This document shows positions 62,246 through 64,000 of a stretch of DNA of 64,000 nucleotides, piece after piece (within the stretch, counting starts at the first letter, position 1; each line of letters opens with the position of its first letter). The notes below the pieces were generated by a model. It did not search any database and had not been told where the DNA came from. It worked only from the letters and a program-made list of their open reading frames with translations. The position numbers and the translations under genes were made by a program. The DNA is taken from contig NC_087437.1 in assembly GCF_036321535.1 (NCBI RefSeq), forward strand, positions 89,406,001 to 89,470,000, read 5' to 3'. The DNA comes from Camelus dromedarius (lineage: Eukaryota).

Positions 62246-63509
62246 ATGATGAAGTTGATTAAAAATATGCCCTAAGTATAGTTATTGCTACTTATAAACT
62301 GCAAAGGGATATTAAAAGGAAAAGAAAAAAATCAGGTGGAAGATTTGGCTGGGGGGAAGCTGCTGGCTTTCTTTAGTTTTTGGCATGGTCAACATTATGA
62401 GCTAATTCTTGGCACAGAGATAGAAAACATGGTTCCTGAGTTTCCTGCTAAGTCACATTCTGAGGCAACACCATACCCTTTTTTTCCAAAAAACCAACTT
62501 CATTAATGGAATTTAGCCTTCAGAGTTTGAGCTGTAAATATTTTAAATTGAACATGTGAGGGCTCTCAAGAAATAAATATATGCATCTATAGTTTGTCCT
62601 CATACTTTCCATGTATTTGGTTTGGCTATGACCAGAGCCATATACTCAGAATAATCCTTGAAATTTCTGAAAACTCTATGTAGCTAAGATTAACTATGCA
62701 CTCAGGCACTTCTATCATGTCTATGAAAACACATGCATTTAGTAAATAATGTCACAATTAATAAGACCAGATCCCATGTCCCACAGCTCTATGGGAACAA
62801 ATAAGGCATTAATTTCCCTAGGAGAAAGCTAAACTCCCAAGACATATTTCAAAGCCACTTTCAATTATCATAATTTGTGGGATTCCTTCAGTCATGAATG
62901 AATAATAACATCCTCCCACTTCAATGCCACATTTGGGTGTTTTTAATTCCACCACACCATCTTTCAAAAATGTTTCGAGACTCTTTAATCAATGAAATGT
63001 CTAAAGTTTAAAGACTAAACTCTATTATAAACTTTGCTTCATTTATGAAAGATAAGTTTTTCATACATATTTAAGATTTTGGGGGTAAGATTCATATACT
63101 TTGAAATAGCTACAGAATACCTAACAAAATACCCACTGATCATTAATTACCATGTGTGATTTAACAATACCTCCTATTCTTAACCACTTGTGATATCTTA
63201 GAGTATCATAAATCCCAGTGCATCTCCATGATGCCAGGCTTACTGAATGATCGATCTATTTACATTCACACGGGTCTCCTTGTCATAAGGCCTGGTGAAT
63301 TCAGATTGTAATGGGTTGTATCTGTACACCTGGTTGGGACTTGAATTATTATCCTGCTATGGGAGGCTGTGAACACTAAACATATATCTCTTTACTCAAT
63401 TTTTCTTCTATAGAGATCTTTGAAAAAACAAAAACTTCAAATCACACTTCAAATGATCATTCTTATCTCATTTACTTTTTCTGTCTGTGAAGTTTCTGGG
63501 GCTCCTGGA

Positions 63510-63672
63510 CCCAAGTTCTCAAAATACTGTGTGCGTTAAAATTGCCATAGGCTCCCTCTCCAGAGACTCCACGTCAGTGTGCCAGCAATTAGACCCCAGA
63601 CATGACACTGTCCACAAGTTCATGGGTGATTCTGGTGCCCTTAACCCTGGATTCACACTCTGAGACTCACTA
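63510..63672. mobile_element. MER5A/B-like hAT-Charlie MITE
   Basis: gttctcaaa...ctccagagactc...caagttcatgggtgattctggtgc...cacactctgagactcact with degenerate TIRs. Confidence 0.7.
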
Positions 63673-64000
63673 TTTTAGGGTGTGACACTCTAAGTTCAGA
63701 ATTCTTGGAAAACAGAAATTTCTGAGAGACACTACTTTTGACTTTCCCCCCAACTGTGTTTCAGGCTTTCCTAACATTTTGTATGAAGACAATTTAGGAT
63801 AAATTGATTGTGGTCCTTAATTTGAGCTGAATAAAAATGCAGATATTTCAAATAAGTAATAATAAAAGGATGGCTGGTAAAACTAAGTAGATTACACATT
63901 TTAATAATGAAAATGCTTTAAGTGATGAAGAAGGAGGAGGAAGAGGTTTATTAGATGCAAAAGGTACCATTAGGGACAATTACATCAAACAGATCTCAAG

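Overview
AT-rich, CpG-depleted placental-mammal genomic DNA, almost certainly camelid: a tRNA-Ala(AGC)-derived SINE matching the camelid vic-1 family sits at 19259-19408. I found no recognisable protein-coding gene, RNA gene or CRISPR array. The supplied ORFs are short chance ORFs or frameshifted LINE-1 fragments. Roughly half the window is decayed transposable elements: about 15 LINE-1 pieces (including a ~6.1 kb 5'UTR-ORF1-ORF2 copy lacking its 3' end and a twin-primed 5'-inverted copy), L2 and MIR relics, about 11 LTRs (six solo LTRs between 20.6 and 29.6 kb) and hAT-Charlie MITEs (MER33, MER20, MER5A-like). The most interesting non-repeat signal is a CpG-poor cluster of promoter motifs (ETS, RFX half-site, YY1, ZNF143-like, splice donor) at ~54.85-54.96 kb, near where LINE-1 orientation flips, plus several weak exon candidates. 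Family names come from remembered consensus sequences and boundaries of old elements are approximate. I see no convincing evidence of a novel biological system.
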